A DNA stretch of 63,077 nucleotides, counting the filler, from Reticulomyxa filosa (Eukaryota > Protista > Foraminifera), in NCBI GenBank assembly GCA_000512085.1. It is 21 parts of 21 records of this genome, joined end to end, with 100 filler letters (N's around TTAATTAATTAA, not from the genome) between each part and the next. Parts side by side here need not be neighbours in the genome. Positions count along the whole stretch, not along the records: positions 33,265 to 43,436 come from ASPP01010058.1; positions 43,537 to 45,520 come from ASPP01025496.1; positions 45,621 to 47,188 come from ASPP01013576.1; positions 47,289 to 53,840 come from ASPP01001077.1; 17 more parts are not named here. One strand, given 5' to 3'. The position numbers and the translations under genes were made by a program. How positions within the stretch are numbered: position 1 is the stretch's first letter; each line of letters starts with the position of its first letter. A model generated the notes under the pieces. That model ran no database searches. It was not told the origin of the DNA and worked only from the letters and a program-made list of their open reading frames with translations. Positions 39,201 through 51,967 of this stretch are shown here, in pieces.

Positions 39201-42200
39201 TTGGTTTTGGGCACAGTGGCATGGATGCCGAGTTCACAACCAACTTTGCAAACATGTGCGACAAATTCAATATCCTTTGGTTCGCCAAGTTTTTGTCGCC
39301 AGGATTGAGTGGACAAGTGAATCGCGCGTCCCTTTGCGTTTTGAACAAAATGATGATCACCGTAGACAATTATATGAACGCGTTTTGCAATGCCAGTGGA
39401 TTCCAGATACTGGCCATGCTGATACCACGATTGGAGCCTCATCCGCGCGTTTGGATCTTTTTGTTCAGCTTGCTGTTAGGAATGGAGCCATTCAGATGTG
39501 GTGCCGTGAACTCGCAACCACAATTACCGTTTACCTTACGCTCAATGACCGAGTTGTTTCCAGTGACCAAAATCAACGCCTTCCAGGCCCAACACCAAAC
39601 GCGCACGCTGGCCTTGCTCTTATCCGTCATCCACGATTACGTGCAGCTGTATGTAGCGGGCAATAGTGTTGATGTCGGCTATGCCGTGGTTGCCATCAAG
39701 TTTTTATGGCAAAACCTAAAAACGAATCGACGCATCCGTGATGAGTTTGTTGGAGATGAACACGCACATATCGAATTTTTTGTATCCATTCTTTTCGATA
39801 TTACCTATGCCAAAAGCATTCATCAATGGATTTCTCGTGGCGGATTCAATTGTGGATGCATGTCCTTGTATTTGCCTGTCCACGGAGTGCCTGAATTGGA
39901 CAATGTCTTGTCTTCGCTCTTGATTAAGCTGTTGGAAGAGCGAATCCAAAAACACAAAGTGTACATTACGTTTGATCGCATTTTGCGAGTTTAGTGTTGT
40001 CTTATCTTTTTATTGTCCACACATATACATATATAATTCATTTGAATTATTTTTTTGCACAAAGGCTTTTCCAACTCGACGAATTAAAAAAGACCAACAA
40101 GCAGACAACCAAAAGAAATTGATTCAGTTTTACTGTGTCAAAATGGTTTGCAGTTGCTTGCACAAATTGCAGATTGTCACCGACAAAGGTTTGGACTCAA
40201 TACTCTGTGTGTCACATAAGCCTTTTGTCTTATCCATTACTATTCAAAAAAAAAATAGATTTATTGCTGCACAATTTAATGTTTGTCAGCAATGTTCGTC
40301 ATTTGGTCGAAATCAGTTCGTTGACCTTGCAAAACTATTTTGCATTTTATTTGCTGCCATCAACGAAAACGAAATCCACAGCGTACGATGGCACGGATAA
40401 TTTGTCACCCTCGCAGTCGCATTCGCATTCGCAGTCACAATCATCTTCTCCTTCCCCGTCTCCAGCGATCACGACGATGGACAAACCGTCGTCGAAAAGG
40501 GAAAGAAGACACTCTTTCCACGAAGACTTGCTGAGACCCGATCGCCAACCAATAACGCAAAAGTCAATGATAGCAATGGAACACAACAGCAACAACACAA
40601 AACAGCCATCGACATTGGCACAAGGAAACAAGACGACAGGTCAACAGGACGAATCGCCAGCGTTTGTGTGCAGTTCGTATCTGGAACAAATCCCAAGTCC
40701 TGCCAAAATAATACGTAGATTTTTGTCTATTTTGCAAATGTGCAAGCTGACATTGGATCAACGTTTGTCTGTCAACGACGGCGCAACGGAAGAGAAAAAC
40801 GAAAGAGAACCGTCACGAAAGGACTTGGAGAATCTGTACAGCTCTTGTCGCAAGTCTGTGCAATCGGTGTTGATTTTTTTTATGCACAAATCACTGGAAT
40901 TGTCGAGTAAAACTCGTCACTTGGAGAAATTACTGCTGCTTGTCATCCAACATCATCAAGTTTCTCTTTCAACTTATGCACAACATATATAATACCATAT
41001 ACGTATACATATACGCATATACTTTGATATGAGACAAGTTGTAAACGATGAAATACAATAGGTATTGTTTTTCACGGATTCGAGTGAACCCGATTTCTTC
41101 TTCTTAGGCTTGATGCATGTTTTGGTGAAGCTGCTTCCCGAAGTCGCCAAACACGGTGACAAAGTGACGCTTTCGCAGACGAAAGAACATGTGGCTCACA
41201 ATTGTTTGAGTGTGTGGAATTGTGTGCTAATGTATCAATCGCATTTCTTAGCCCAGTATTTGAGCAAAGAGCCGGAATTGAATGACAAACTCCGACTGAT
41301 TGTGACCAAAAGAGCCCTGTTTTTGCAGTGGCTACGCAGAGGGGGACTGACGACGGCTCAATCGACATTCCAAGCCATCTTTGAAAAGCCGTGGGCAGAT
41401 CGCTATGCCAACGAAAGCTCTCGATTGCGCGAGCGCTTTGATAAGGATAAGACCAGCTCCAAGACGCAGCATCAAAATCTGCTTTCGTATGAAAGGTTGT
41501 TGAAGTTTATTCCGATGCAAGCCATTTATCAAAACAACAACATTCAAACGCTTTTGTCTGTCGAGCAAGCGCGGCAAATCTCGAGAAAACACCAATTTTA
41601 TTATCGAGAGCTGTTCAGTCGCAATAAGTGGTTCGAGCTGGTTGTTCTCAAACTGCGCGTGCAAAGTACATTGTGGGTGCAGCTTATTACTTGTCCTTGG
41701 GATGAAGCCTGGTATATATATGTGTGTGTGTGTATGTATGATTGGATTCAACTTTTACAAGAGTCGTTCACACAATTATTTGTTCACATATAGGTATTTG
41801 GACTTTATTGAAGGACCTCATCGAATGCGGAAGATTTTGAAGCGCCATACAAAGTTTGTCCAAATCTACAAGGCCGATCGACACAAGTTTTTGAGACTGC
41901 TCTCGCAGTTGGAGCCGATGAAACAATTCATGAACGATTACTACTCTCACGACACTCGGCCGCTTCAAGTCTATTCGCAGTCCCTTGCAGCGCATTCGTC
42001 CAACCCCTCTGTCATCGATATCAGTCGCGCTATTGCCTTGTCTGAGTCCGAGTCCGCTGATTACATCAACGCGCAAGACGAACATGACAGCGAAATAAGT
42101 GACTTGAAGGCACTCGAGGCCATGCTGGAGGACTCACGGGAACATGACTTTGACGACTCGGAAGGAGAGAAGGAAGAGGAAGACGAAGATGACGAAGAAA

Positions 42201-43405
42201 ACGAAGAGGATAAAGGGGAAGTGGACAAAGACACAAAAGAATTTGCAAAAGTGAATAGACAAGGAAGCAATCAAAACAATGACAACGAGAATAACAATGA
42301 CAAGAAAGAGGATATGAGCAATGACGAGAAAGACGAAGAAGACGAAAAAGGCGGCAATGGTGGTCACCTATCCAAGAAAAATGCCATTTTTCGAATCAAA
42401 GAAAACAATTTGCAAGATAACAAATTTCCAATCAAAAGAGCACCAATCACTCGACGCAGGACGACACATTACTATCAACAATCATTGGCCTTCCTTCCCG
42501 GGGTATAACTTTTTCTTTATGTTTGTTACTGTCAACGCAATCGATACATAAAACAACGGGGCCATATATGAATAGGACAAAAAGCTTGAAGACTTGTGGA
42601 AAGGCTCGAAATTGACGTTTTTGGCAGAGACAAAGGGAATTGAGGAAGAACAATTGGATAACAATGACGAGAAGCTGAATGAGAATGAAAATGAAAATGA
42701 AAATGAAAATAAAGAGAATCGTGACGATGATGTATTTGCATACAACAATGACGATTGGAAGGAAGAAAAGGAAGAACAACAAAGCTCGGATGACACGGCG
42801 GAAAACGAAGAACGAGAGACGACGCAAGAGAACGCAATGGAAGGCATTTTGCCGTTTGAACAGGACATAATCCAAATGTCCTTAGACAAAGAGAAGGCAA
42901 CGCTAGGCATTGTAGAGAGGATGTCAAGAGTGTTGGGTCCTGGAGACGTGTTCGATCCGACTCGAACCTACAATTGCAGTACGATCAGCGGACTGAACGA
43001 AGACCACGGTATTGTCTTGCTATGTCGCACCGCCATGTATTTTTTTTATCACATTCGTTTGGACGTCGCCACGGGCGAGTTAAAGGAAATCAAGGTGGAT
43101 ATGCAAAGCAAAGTGGCATTCCGAACGTCCTTTGATATGAAAAACTCGGAGTTGGGACCTTTGCTTACCATCAAAAAGATTCGCTCCAAACGTGATATCA
43201 TCGCGTTGCAATTGAATGGAAACCTCAGTCGAGCCAAACAGTTGGAAGAAATGGATAAAGACGCGACGGGTCTGAAAGAGCCTTTGCGATTTACTTATGA
43301 CAGTCTGCGAGAAGTATACAAACGCCAGTATCAATTGCAACAAATTGCCATTGAATTCTTTTTATTCGATGGCTCTAACTTTTTGCTGATTTTTCCAAAA
43401 CGAAA
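33300..43405 (+). CDS. BEACH-domain family protein (WDFY3/ALFY/LvsA-like), multi-exon, truncated just before the BEACH domain
   Basis: ARM-like region; ConA/LamG domain (GVSLAFWLNI..RWYHIAVTF..LYING); DAIRYIGGIE; LANNPRNLMDMARIGGY; LLFDYEIWS; LDFIEGPHRMRKIL; BEACH-type PH (YNCSTISGL..GIVLL..REVYKRQYQLQQIAIEFFLFDGSNFLLIF). More than 10 GT-AG introns. Confidence 0.88.
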
Positions 43406-43699
43406 GTTTATTTTAAATAACTTGTATACACACATANNNNNNNNNNNNNNNNNNNNNNNNNNNNNNNNNNNNNNNNNNNNTTAATTAATTAANNNNNNNN
43501 NNNNNNNNNNNNNNNNNNNNNNNNNNNNNNNNNNNNTAAAATTTTATGTTGGAGTATCCATCTTCTTCATCCAGGTATTATTAGATTTGTATATTTGTGT
43601 TCCGTACTACATTATCTGCATTATAACTTATTTATAGTATTGAATCTGTATTTCAACTGGAAACTTTCATCATGTACGCAATACTTGTTCACTGCTTAT

Positions 43700-44420
43700 T
43701 CTATTGAAAGTTTTTCAGATCAAATGTTATTCCTGGGTATTTGAATTCTTTTTAAATTTATTTTCAATTTTCATTTGTTGCAATAGTCTTGTAGTATATT
43801 TAATATCCATTTAGTTTTTTTAGTTTTATGCACATATTGCCAAGTTATCCACATATAATAGGTATTTTGATTGTTATTCATTGTATATTTTCTTATCAGG
43901 TATTGTTTCCAAGTCATTTATATATATATACTAAAGGATGCAAATTGTTATATATTCTTGTATATTTCCCCTTTCTTCATTTATAATTTTTACTATGTAT
44001 CATTTATTTCAGGTATAATTTGCCCTTTATTCAGTATCGTATACAATAATTATATTATGTTATTTTGTATTTGATCGCTTTTCATCTTCGCCACACCAAA
44101 TCAAATGCATTTTGGAGGTCTATTCCCAATATTATTTGGAGGGTTTCCGTCAGTTTATCATGGGCGTTATTATTCTGAGCGCTATGAGTTGGTGATATTT
44201 TTCTTATCTTCGAAATCCTCCTTGTTCTCATGTAGAGCATGTTCTATGATATGTGTTATTCTGTTTAATATTACTATTTATTAGTAATTTGGTTGAATCA
44301 TTACAATCGTTGACTGTCCTCCTTGACAACTTCTTAGTCATTATGTATTTTCTTTAAATCTCAACATATGATTCGCCAGATTGTGTTTCGAAGGTGCAGT
44401 ACGAAAATTCGAATCTCCCT
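43700..44420 (-). mobile_element. Degenerate non-LTR (LINE) retrotransposon reverse transcriptase remnant
   Basis: Minus-strand motifs in canonical order across broken frames: ILNRITHIIE, EQGGFRR*..HQLIALRII (~44225-44170), ILGIDLQNAFDLVW (44132-44091), IYINDL, YLLYVDNLAI (degenerate YADD, ~43855-43835), YCNK*KLKIN, FKYPGITFD (43745-43719). Confidence 0.85.
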
Positions 44421-45620
44421 TCATTGGGTACTATATAACACTTTTGCGCTGAATATATTTTCCACATTCTATTTTTCTTGGTTGGTACTTTGCTATTTAT
44501 CACAATCAACAACATTTTTCTGTTCATTATCATCCATCATTCTTAATTTCGCTTTCTTTTCCAGTTTCGGGGTCAACAGTCAATACACTGATCTACTAGT
44601 TTTAATTTTTGGTGTGTAAAAGCGTTAGTATGAATTATAGATTGACACACCCTTCGTCCAACTGAAAAATTCGAAATTGTTAACCCTTGCAACAAAACTT
44701 GGTTGCTATCCTTCATTCGAAGATTTTGAAAACACACAAACAGTGAAACGATAATCAAAATTCTAAACATTTTTATTTTAAAAACATAATGTACAAATTT
44801 TGTTAAAAATCCAAGACTGGACAAAAACTTTTAAAAATTGCATGATTTATCCTTTTGCGAAAAGTGAAAATTTTCACGATGCAAAAATTATCAATTACTC
44901 AAATCAAAATTTCAAAAAAAGAAATCCAAATGAACCACTTTTTTTTGTCAAGTGGATACCAAAAAAAACTTATTTCATTTTGCTTTCGCATACACTTGCT
45001 ATGCTCTCAGTCACCTTATATGTGTAAACTCACTTTGAGTTTAATTGTCACTTGCGTCGTATCCACCGTTGTCCCCGCCAATATCATCAGCCGGTTGCTC
45101 GCTCAATACATCTAAATAATCTTTTTCTAAAAAGCTCAAATTTTCAATATCATCGACAACTATCATTCTTCCATGCATTCTCCTACGTACTAATGCACAA
45201 ACGCCCTTGCGAATCATCAATCATATTTTATGCTATAAATACTCGGGAATGCCAGTGTTGTTGGTGATCATTATAGCGTTTTTACTGAAAGCCCCGATAT
45301 CGTCGGATTTCAAAGTTACTGCTTGGACCTCATTCATCTCAATCTTGAAATCAGTCTGGCATCATTCAATTAAGGCAACTTTGGACTGTTGTGTCAGCCT
45401 CTTTGCTTGATGTCATCATGATATTTCAACAAAATAGAATGTACTTATTCTCGGCTGGCTCGAACTTGGTAAACTTCACAAACCAGTCTGCTGGCTTAAA
45501 ACGATCATTGGTAATTGCTCNNNNNNNNNNNNNNNNNNNNNNNNNNNNNNNNNNNNNNNNNNNNTTAATTAATTAANNNNNNNNNNNNNNNNNNNNNNNN
45601 NNNNNNNNNNNNNNNNNNNN

Positions 45621-45656
<36 letters not shown>

Positions 45657-45657
<1 letters not shown>

Positions 45658-47139
45658 AACGAAGTGGAATATGCACTGTTTTTTGCAGCGCCAATGATGA
45701 TGTTGTTCATTGTGACAATATTTGTGACGGAGGAGTGGTGGTACATTTTTTGGAAGACCTCGTGTACGCGCTGTCTTGCAGCGGGATGGCATTGATAAGT
45801 ACAGCGTGGGTGATGAGCAAGATCACGCAATCGTCCTCGTCATCATTCCCTTCACACAAATCGTACAACTCGAAATCGGCACAGCCGGATGCGCGCACGT
45901 TGGAGATTGCCATTGGGCGCAAGCTTACAGCGAGCACAGTGAAGCATATGAAAAAGAAAAAAGAAGCGTCATAAAAAGAAGAAGAAGCCAATGGCGTCAC
46001 TTCCAAAGCGAAGATCTTTGGACATTACGCTTTCCATCAGTCGTCCTTTACCCGAGCCTGCAACTGCAACTGTAACTGCAACTGCTACTGCTACTGCCAC
46101 TGAAGCAACAGTAGCAGCTGTAACAGCAGCCATTACTCCTACTGTTGTTGACACTAGTGATATTGTTATTACTACGACGACAACAACAACAACAACTACT
46201 ACTACTGCACCTACGACAGTTGGTGCTACTACCAACACAACAACGACAATCATCTCTTCCTCTGCTCTTGCGGCAATAGCCTCTGACATAGCTTCCGAAA
46301 TTGTCTCCAATTTTTCTCCCACAGATATGCCGCTCTCCGCTTCTGAAACAAACGTCCCGCTTGACACTATTGATCATGCCAACAACACGTTGGCCCCTGC
46401 TCGGCCCAATGCGAGCGCCAGCGGACATCTCGATGTTCGCTCCCTTCGCACCTATCACGGCATTGACACTATCACCGTCCCCAATGACGCCATTGCTACG
46501 AGGAAAACTGTCGAGTCGCCGTCGCAGCGCACCAATCACTTGGCTGTAGTGTCCAAACGCAAAACCCACGTCAAGTCGAGGTCGCAGCCTTCCGTGCTCA
46601 GCATGCTGGGCTTTGACAAGTTTTGTTTTTTTTTACACTCTTTGTGTCGTTTACAGAACCCCCTTTATGTTTGTATACACATATATATTTACTCGGAACA
46701 AGGCTCCCATTGCAATCACATACACATATATAAATATATATATATATATATATAAGTATATGTATATATATGTATACAAAACATCAAAGCAAAACATCAG
46801 CGCGACAAATGCCGCAGATAAAACCTCCTGGGGAACTAGAAATGGTAGTGTCACTGTCGACCAGCATGGACAAAGACCAGAACGTGATGAACAATCCGAA
46901 CTCGCCCTCTTGGAACATGTTCGGACAATCACTTTTAAGTGACAGTGGCAATGGAGACGACAACGGCGACGACAAGAGTGTGTCAAAGAGCGTGGAGGAC
47001 AGCCAAGTGGAGGAGGAAGAGGTGTCCGTGCTGAACATCAACGACGCAGGTCAAACAGAACCAAATGGAGAGAGAGGAAACAATAATAACAACGCGAATA
47101 ACAATACCAATGTCAATAACAATGGCAATAGCAACAACA

Positions 47140-47179
<40 letters not shown>

Positions 47180-47188
47180 TAGTAATAA
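45657..47188 (+). CDS. Membrane protein C-terminal part with long Thr/Asn-rich cytoplasmic tail (possibly GPCR-like)
   Basis: Restoring single bases in homopolymers at ~45750 and ~45960 joins two hydrophobic helices (ICTVFAAPMMMLFIVTIFV; YIFLEDLVYALSCSGMALISTAWV) to a K-rich, poly-T and poly-N tail. Family assignment is inference. Confidence 0.45.
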
Positions 47189-49432
47189 NNNNNNNNNNNN
47201 NNNNNNNNNNNNNNNNNNNNNNNNNNNNNNNNTTAATTAATTAANNNNNNNNNNNNNNNNNNNNNNNNNNNNNNNNNNNNNNNNNNNNAGTGCCTTTAGG
47301 TATGGCAGTTTTTTTTGCAATCTACTGTATATGATTTACCAAGACACAAAACAGCATATTGAATCAAAACTTTTTTTCCAATTGCTCTTTTGTGATTGAA
47401 ATTGATGAACACAATATATAAATGCGAGAAATGATATACATTAAATGAACATTACTTCAATATTACTATAGATCGCCCCCTCCAGTGGATTAAAACTTTT
47501 CTACTAACTTTATTCAATCTTTATTTGTTTTCTTGCTTTTCTTGTGTTATTCATCTTTCATTTCTTAAGTTACTTTTACTTAACGAAAATAGATCTTTTT
47601 TTTCGTAAAATTTTTCGTATTACATTTAGTGCACATTATATTAAATAATAATCCCAATTCGTAGAAAAATAAGTTACTACAGAATTTTTTTGTTGCATTA
47701 AAAAAATTATCCCAACAGAAAATTCGATATTTAATCAAAAATTTTGTTGATTCAAATATAACAAAGAAAACGCTGCTATATCAAATAATATTTGATCCTA
47801 TTCACAATACTCACTTTTTTGTTCTAATCTGTCATTTGGATCAGGTAATATAAAAGCAAATTGACGACCGATTAAATGTATTCATATATATAATCCGAAC
47901 AATGTTCCGTTCTTCACAAATAAATACTCTGGCTGTGTTGTAAGAAAGTGATTAGTTATATATAGTATATGCTTTGTAAAATCAATATTTCGTATTCCAT
48001 ATTCCGACTTGACAAAAGCAATGTAAATTAAGAAATTTACTAATATGCACTCAAATACATCCATTTTGTTGGTACAAATAAAATAACAATTATACACAAC
48101 AAGTAAGTAGTCGTGCATGTTTGTTTTTTTTCCCATTTAAATCAAATTTATGTATTAAATAACAAATCATTTATTATTTCAAAGAAAATGATATTTGTTG
48201 TGTCAAATCAAGTTTGAACGAATAGGTATCAGTTCTTTTTCAGGTCTAGAACTTCAACCCCCTCCTTGTCAAGAACTTGAAATGGTAAAACTATTTCTCG
48301 ATATTTTGACATCAGTGTCTTTACTGTTCTTCTCAGTTCCAAAACACCTCCGTGCTTCTTCATTTAATACTTTCTGTCTCGCTTGGATGCCTGCGAGATC
48401 AGTTTACAAAGCAACGCCGTTACACTCTCCAATGGCGCGTAGGACCACAGTTTTACATTATAATAAGATATAGCGACAAGAGATGCAAATAGAAGTTTAA
48501 TGATAGAAGGAATTGTTCATTGGTGTAACAGAGCAAAACAACAAAACTTAAAAAATTCATTAATAATTATAAATAATTAGCTCCTTCAGATTGTGGAAGA
48601 AGAAAGCATTGGAAATCCCTCTTTTGCTAAAAAAGTAAAATACAAGTACTTTATTTTTTTACTAATTGGGGTCCCTTGCGCGATCATCGAGAAGTCTAAA
48701 AAAAACAAACAACAAACATTCAAAAAGCGGTGATTTTGAATGACAAGATTGTTGTCACTCAAATATATCACCACTAATTTTCCGCAACCTCGTAATACAT
48801 ATGTCCATATTTCTTTATTTAAACAATTTTGAGCATCTGGCTCAAATGGACACACAGAAAACACGAGTAATATCCTCATAAAAGCGTTTCATCAAAAATA
48901 AGTAAATAATACTCAAAATGGCTTCGAAAAATTATAGAAACGCATACAATCCGAAACTAAGTTTTTTTAGCTGTAAAAAAATTCTTTATGTTCAACAATG
49001 TCTTTCCATCCCAAAACAGTGAGAAACAGTATGAGACAATAACAGTCCTAAATTGTAACGTTTTGATTGAATGTTCTGTTTCCCAAAACTCAAGACAAAA
49101 AATAACTTTTCTTTGTCTTTTTGTGTTACATTCACTGTGATTTTCTTTGATTGATCAGAATTTGTTGTAATTCAAACCTTTTCATTTTTTTTTTTCTTTA
49201 AGGAAGCAGACTGTATGAGATTTTTGCTGTTTTTGAAAAATTTTTTGACCGAATAATATCGAGTTTCCGTGAGCATAAAAAAACTCTAGAATGTTCTTTT
49301 GTATTTTTATTTCCTACGCAAAAGGGGCTTGTTAATTGATATTATATGCATGAATCCCAAAAAAAATATTTACTGTTTATGCGTTTCTGTATGAGTCACT
49401 CGTTGTCAAAATATTATCATTACTGCCAATAA

Positions 49433-49622
49433 AGACAGATTCAGTTAAAAGGAAACTGATGCTATGTTGAAATTAGCAAAACAGTTGGTCAGAGAATTGA
49501 TAGAAACCGTTGATGCCAAAAATAAGTTAGAATCGGTTACATACAATTTGAAAAATGGATTAACCGATGAAAACAACCTTAGTGGATGTGTTTCTGAAGT
49601 CAACAAGGAAACATTGACAAAG
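49433..49622 (+). pseudogene. Hsp70/BiP lid-domain fragment (pseudogene)
   Basis: DRFS*KETDAMLKLAKQ..ETVDAKNKLESVTYNLKNGLTDENNLSGCVSEVNKETL resembles BiP [47 protein letters not shown]. Isolated, with an in-frame stop. Confidence 0.7.
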
Positions 49623-51967
49623 GTTCATTATTTTAAAAAATTTTATCATAAGCGCACACTGGTTGAAGTGGGGCTGGTGATATCAATTACATCAACAATA
49701 CAAATTTGAATAAAAATTTTTTATTATAATTTTAAAGTTGAAATAAGAAATAATTTTTAAATGAATAGGCTAACTTAATTCCTTCAATATTAAAAAATTC
49801 AAATTAAATTTTAAAACTATCCAAAAATTTCGTCTTTGATCTCACTTTTAAAATTATTTTGGTTGATAATAATAACAGCCTTTTTTGAAGACAAAGGCAT
49901 CAAAAATATTTTTTGAATAGTTTTTGTGACATACACACCCAAACTTTGAATCATTTTTATGATGCACACGTCCTAAAATCTACAGTTTTTTTGAAATCCG
50001 AAAAGTGCTTCGGTTAAAGACGTATATGCCTCGTGGTAATATTTTTTTTCTTGGAGCGACTTGATAAACTGAAAAGACGTTGTATGTGTGAAATTAGTTG
50101 GAAGCAATTTCCAGAAAATTGACAAAAATCTATTTTTTTTTATGCATGGGATCAGAATTGATGAATACATCTTAACAAATTTGTTCATTTTTGGATGCAT
50201 GCGTTAACATTAAAAATTTGTTTTTGACAAAGAATAATATATATTTTTGTTCAAGCAATGATATTTATTTTTATTCGTTCATGTATCATTTGCTTTTTCT
50301 TCAAATTATTTCTTATTTTTTACTTTTTAATCTCTTTTTCCAAAATTACTTTGCATATAAGAATAATCGCTTTTATTTCCTCCATCAAAAACATCAAAAT
50401 ATTTTTCCTGTATCGTTTTTCATTTATGCGTCCAAAAATGTCTATGGTAATCTTTTTTTGAAATCCGAAAAAGCACTTCGTTGAAGATGTGCAACTTTTT
50501 ATTTTGGACGGAAAAGAAGTTATAACATAACAACTGGTTAGAATCAATTTTTAGAAAATGCATATAAGTGTTTTTAAGATAAAAAACTTTTTTGATAAAA
50601 AAAAAAAGGAAATTTTCCGTTTTTTCGTTGATTATTTCAATGTATTGTTTTTGTTGTCGCAGTTTATTTTTATTTCACATTTGTCTCGTTTTCAAACATT
50701 TCATTGGACAAATGATCTGATATCTTTTTTTTTTGCTTGAAGAATAAAAAATCGAATAGAAAAAGCTATAAGAAACACTATTTTAAACAAATAAGATAAT
50801 TGTCAAACATATTTTTAATTACAAATGCAACGAAGCAAAGCAAGAGATTGAACAAATTCTACCAAAGCAAAAAAAACTCTAATTTATGGAGGGAGGAACT
50901 CAAAAGAACTGAGGAACATACTTTTTATAAACTACTTTCAAACAACAAAAACAATAACATCTTATTAAATATACCAAACTGATAACAATAATATAAATAA
51001 ACGGGAAATTATTTACAAAAGGTTTCTTCAGCATATCGATTGACTTTACTTTTTTTTTTGCATTATTTTGGTCTATTTTTTGTGATCAACAAACCAAATA
51101 TGCGATAACATTCGTGATCTTTGAACGAAAAATTAAAAGAGCTAAAAATGAAAAAATTCCATACAATAGTAGCAAGTTTAAATACTCCTCCCTTGGACTT
51201 ATTATTGTATTAAATAGTACGACAATTTGCTTGTTTTTTGTAATTTTTCAAAAAAAAATGATAAAAGGAATAAAATAATGATATAAAAAATTTCAGCAAA
51301 TTTACGCGTTTGGTCAAAATGTATATGTTCAAAAAGAAAGAAATCTCACATAAGTTCTAAAATTATGCATAGATAAATCTTCGGAGGCTAAAGAGAGAAT
51401 CAATAAAAAACTATTTTTTATTTATGCAAAGTTCCGATATTCTCTTGAGCTTGATTTTTATTACAAATTACAAAAACAATGTTATATTGATTTGTAGAAA
51501 TTATCATTTTTTAAAGAAATACAATTTGGACAAATTCTTACAAATGAATTTAAATCAAGGCTGCTCAAACAAAAAAAATGGCAAAAGATGAAATCCAATA
51601 AATAAACTTTAAAAAAATTCAAGAAAAAAAGTTACAACAAAAAATCAACATTTTGATATCAATCTAATACATTGATAATAAAAGTTAATATTTAAATAAC
51701 AAAAAGTTGTTTCTCAACCGATTATGGACATTACCAAACAAAGCTTATTATATTTGTTATGGATAATTTATTTTACCATATTAGAAAATTATTCAATTGT
51801 TGAACATGTGGACAAATTTTTAAAAAATTAGATTCATACAAACAATTCATAATATTTTTTTGCTGAATAATTTGTTTAAATTCTTTTTTGTAAAAAAAAC
51901 TTGAGCTAATTATAATTGTAAATATTTTAAATACACAATTCTTTTTTATAAAATTACCACAAAGTTG

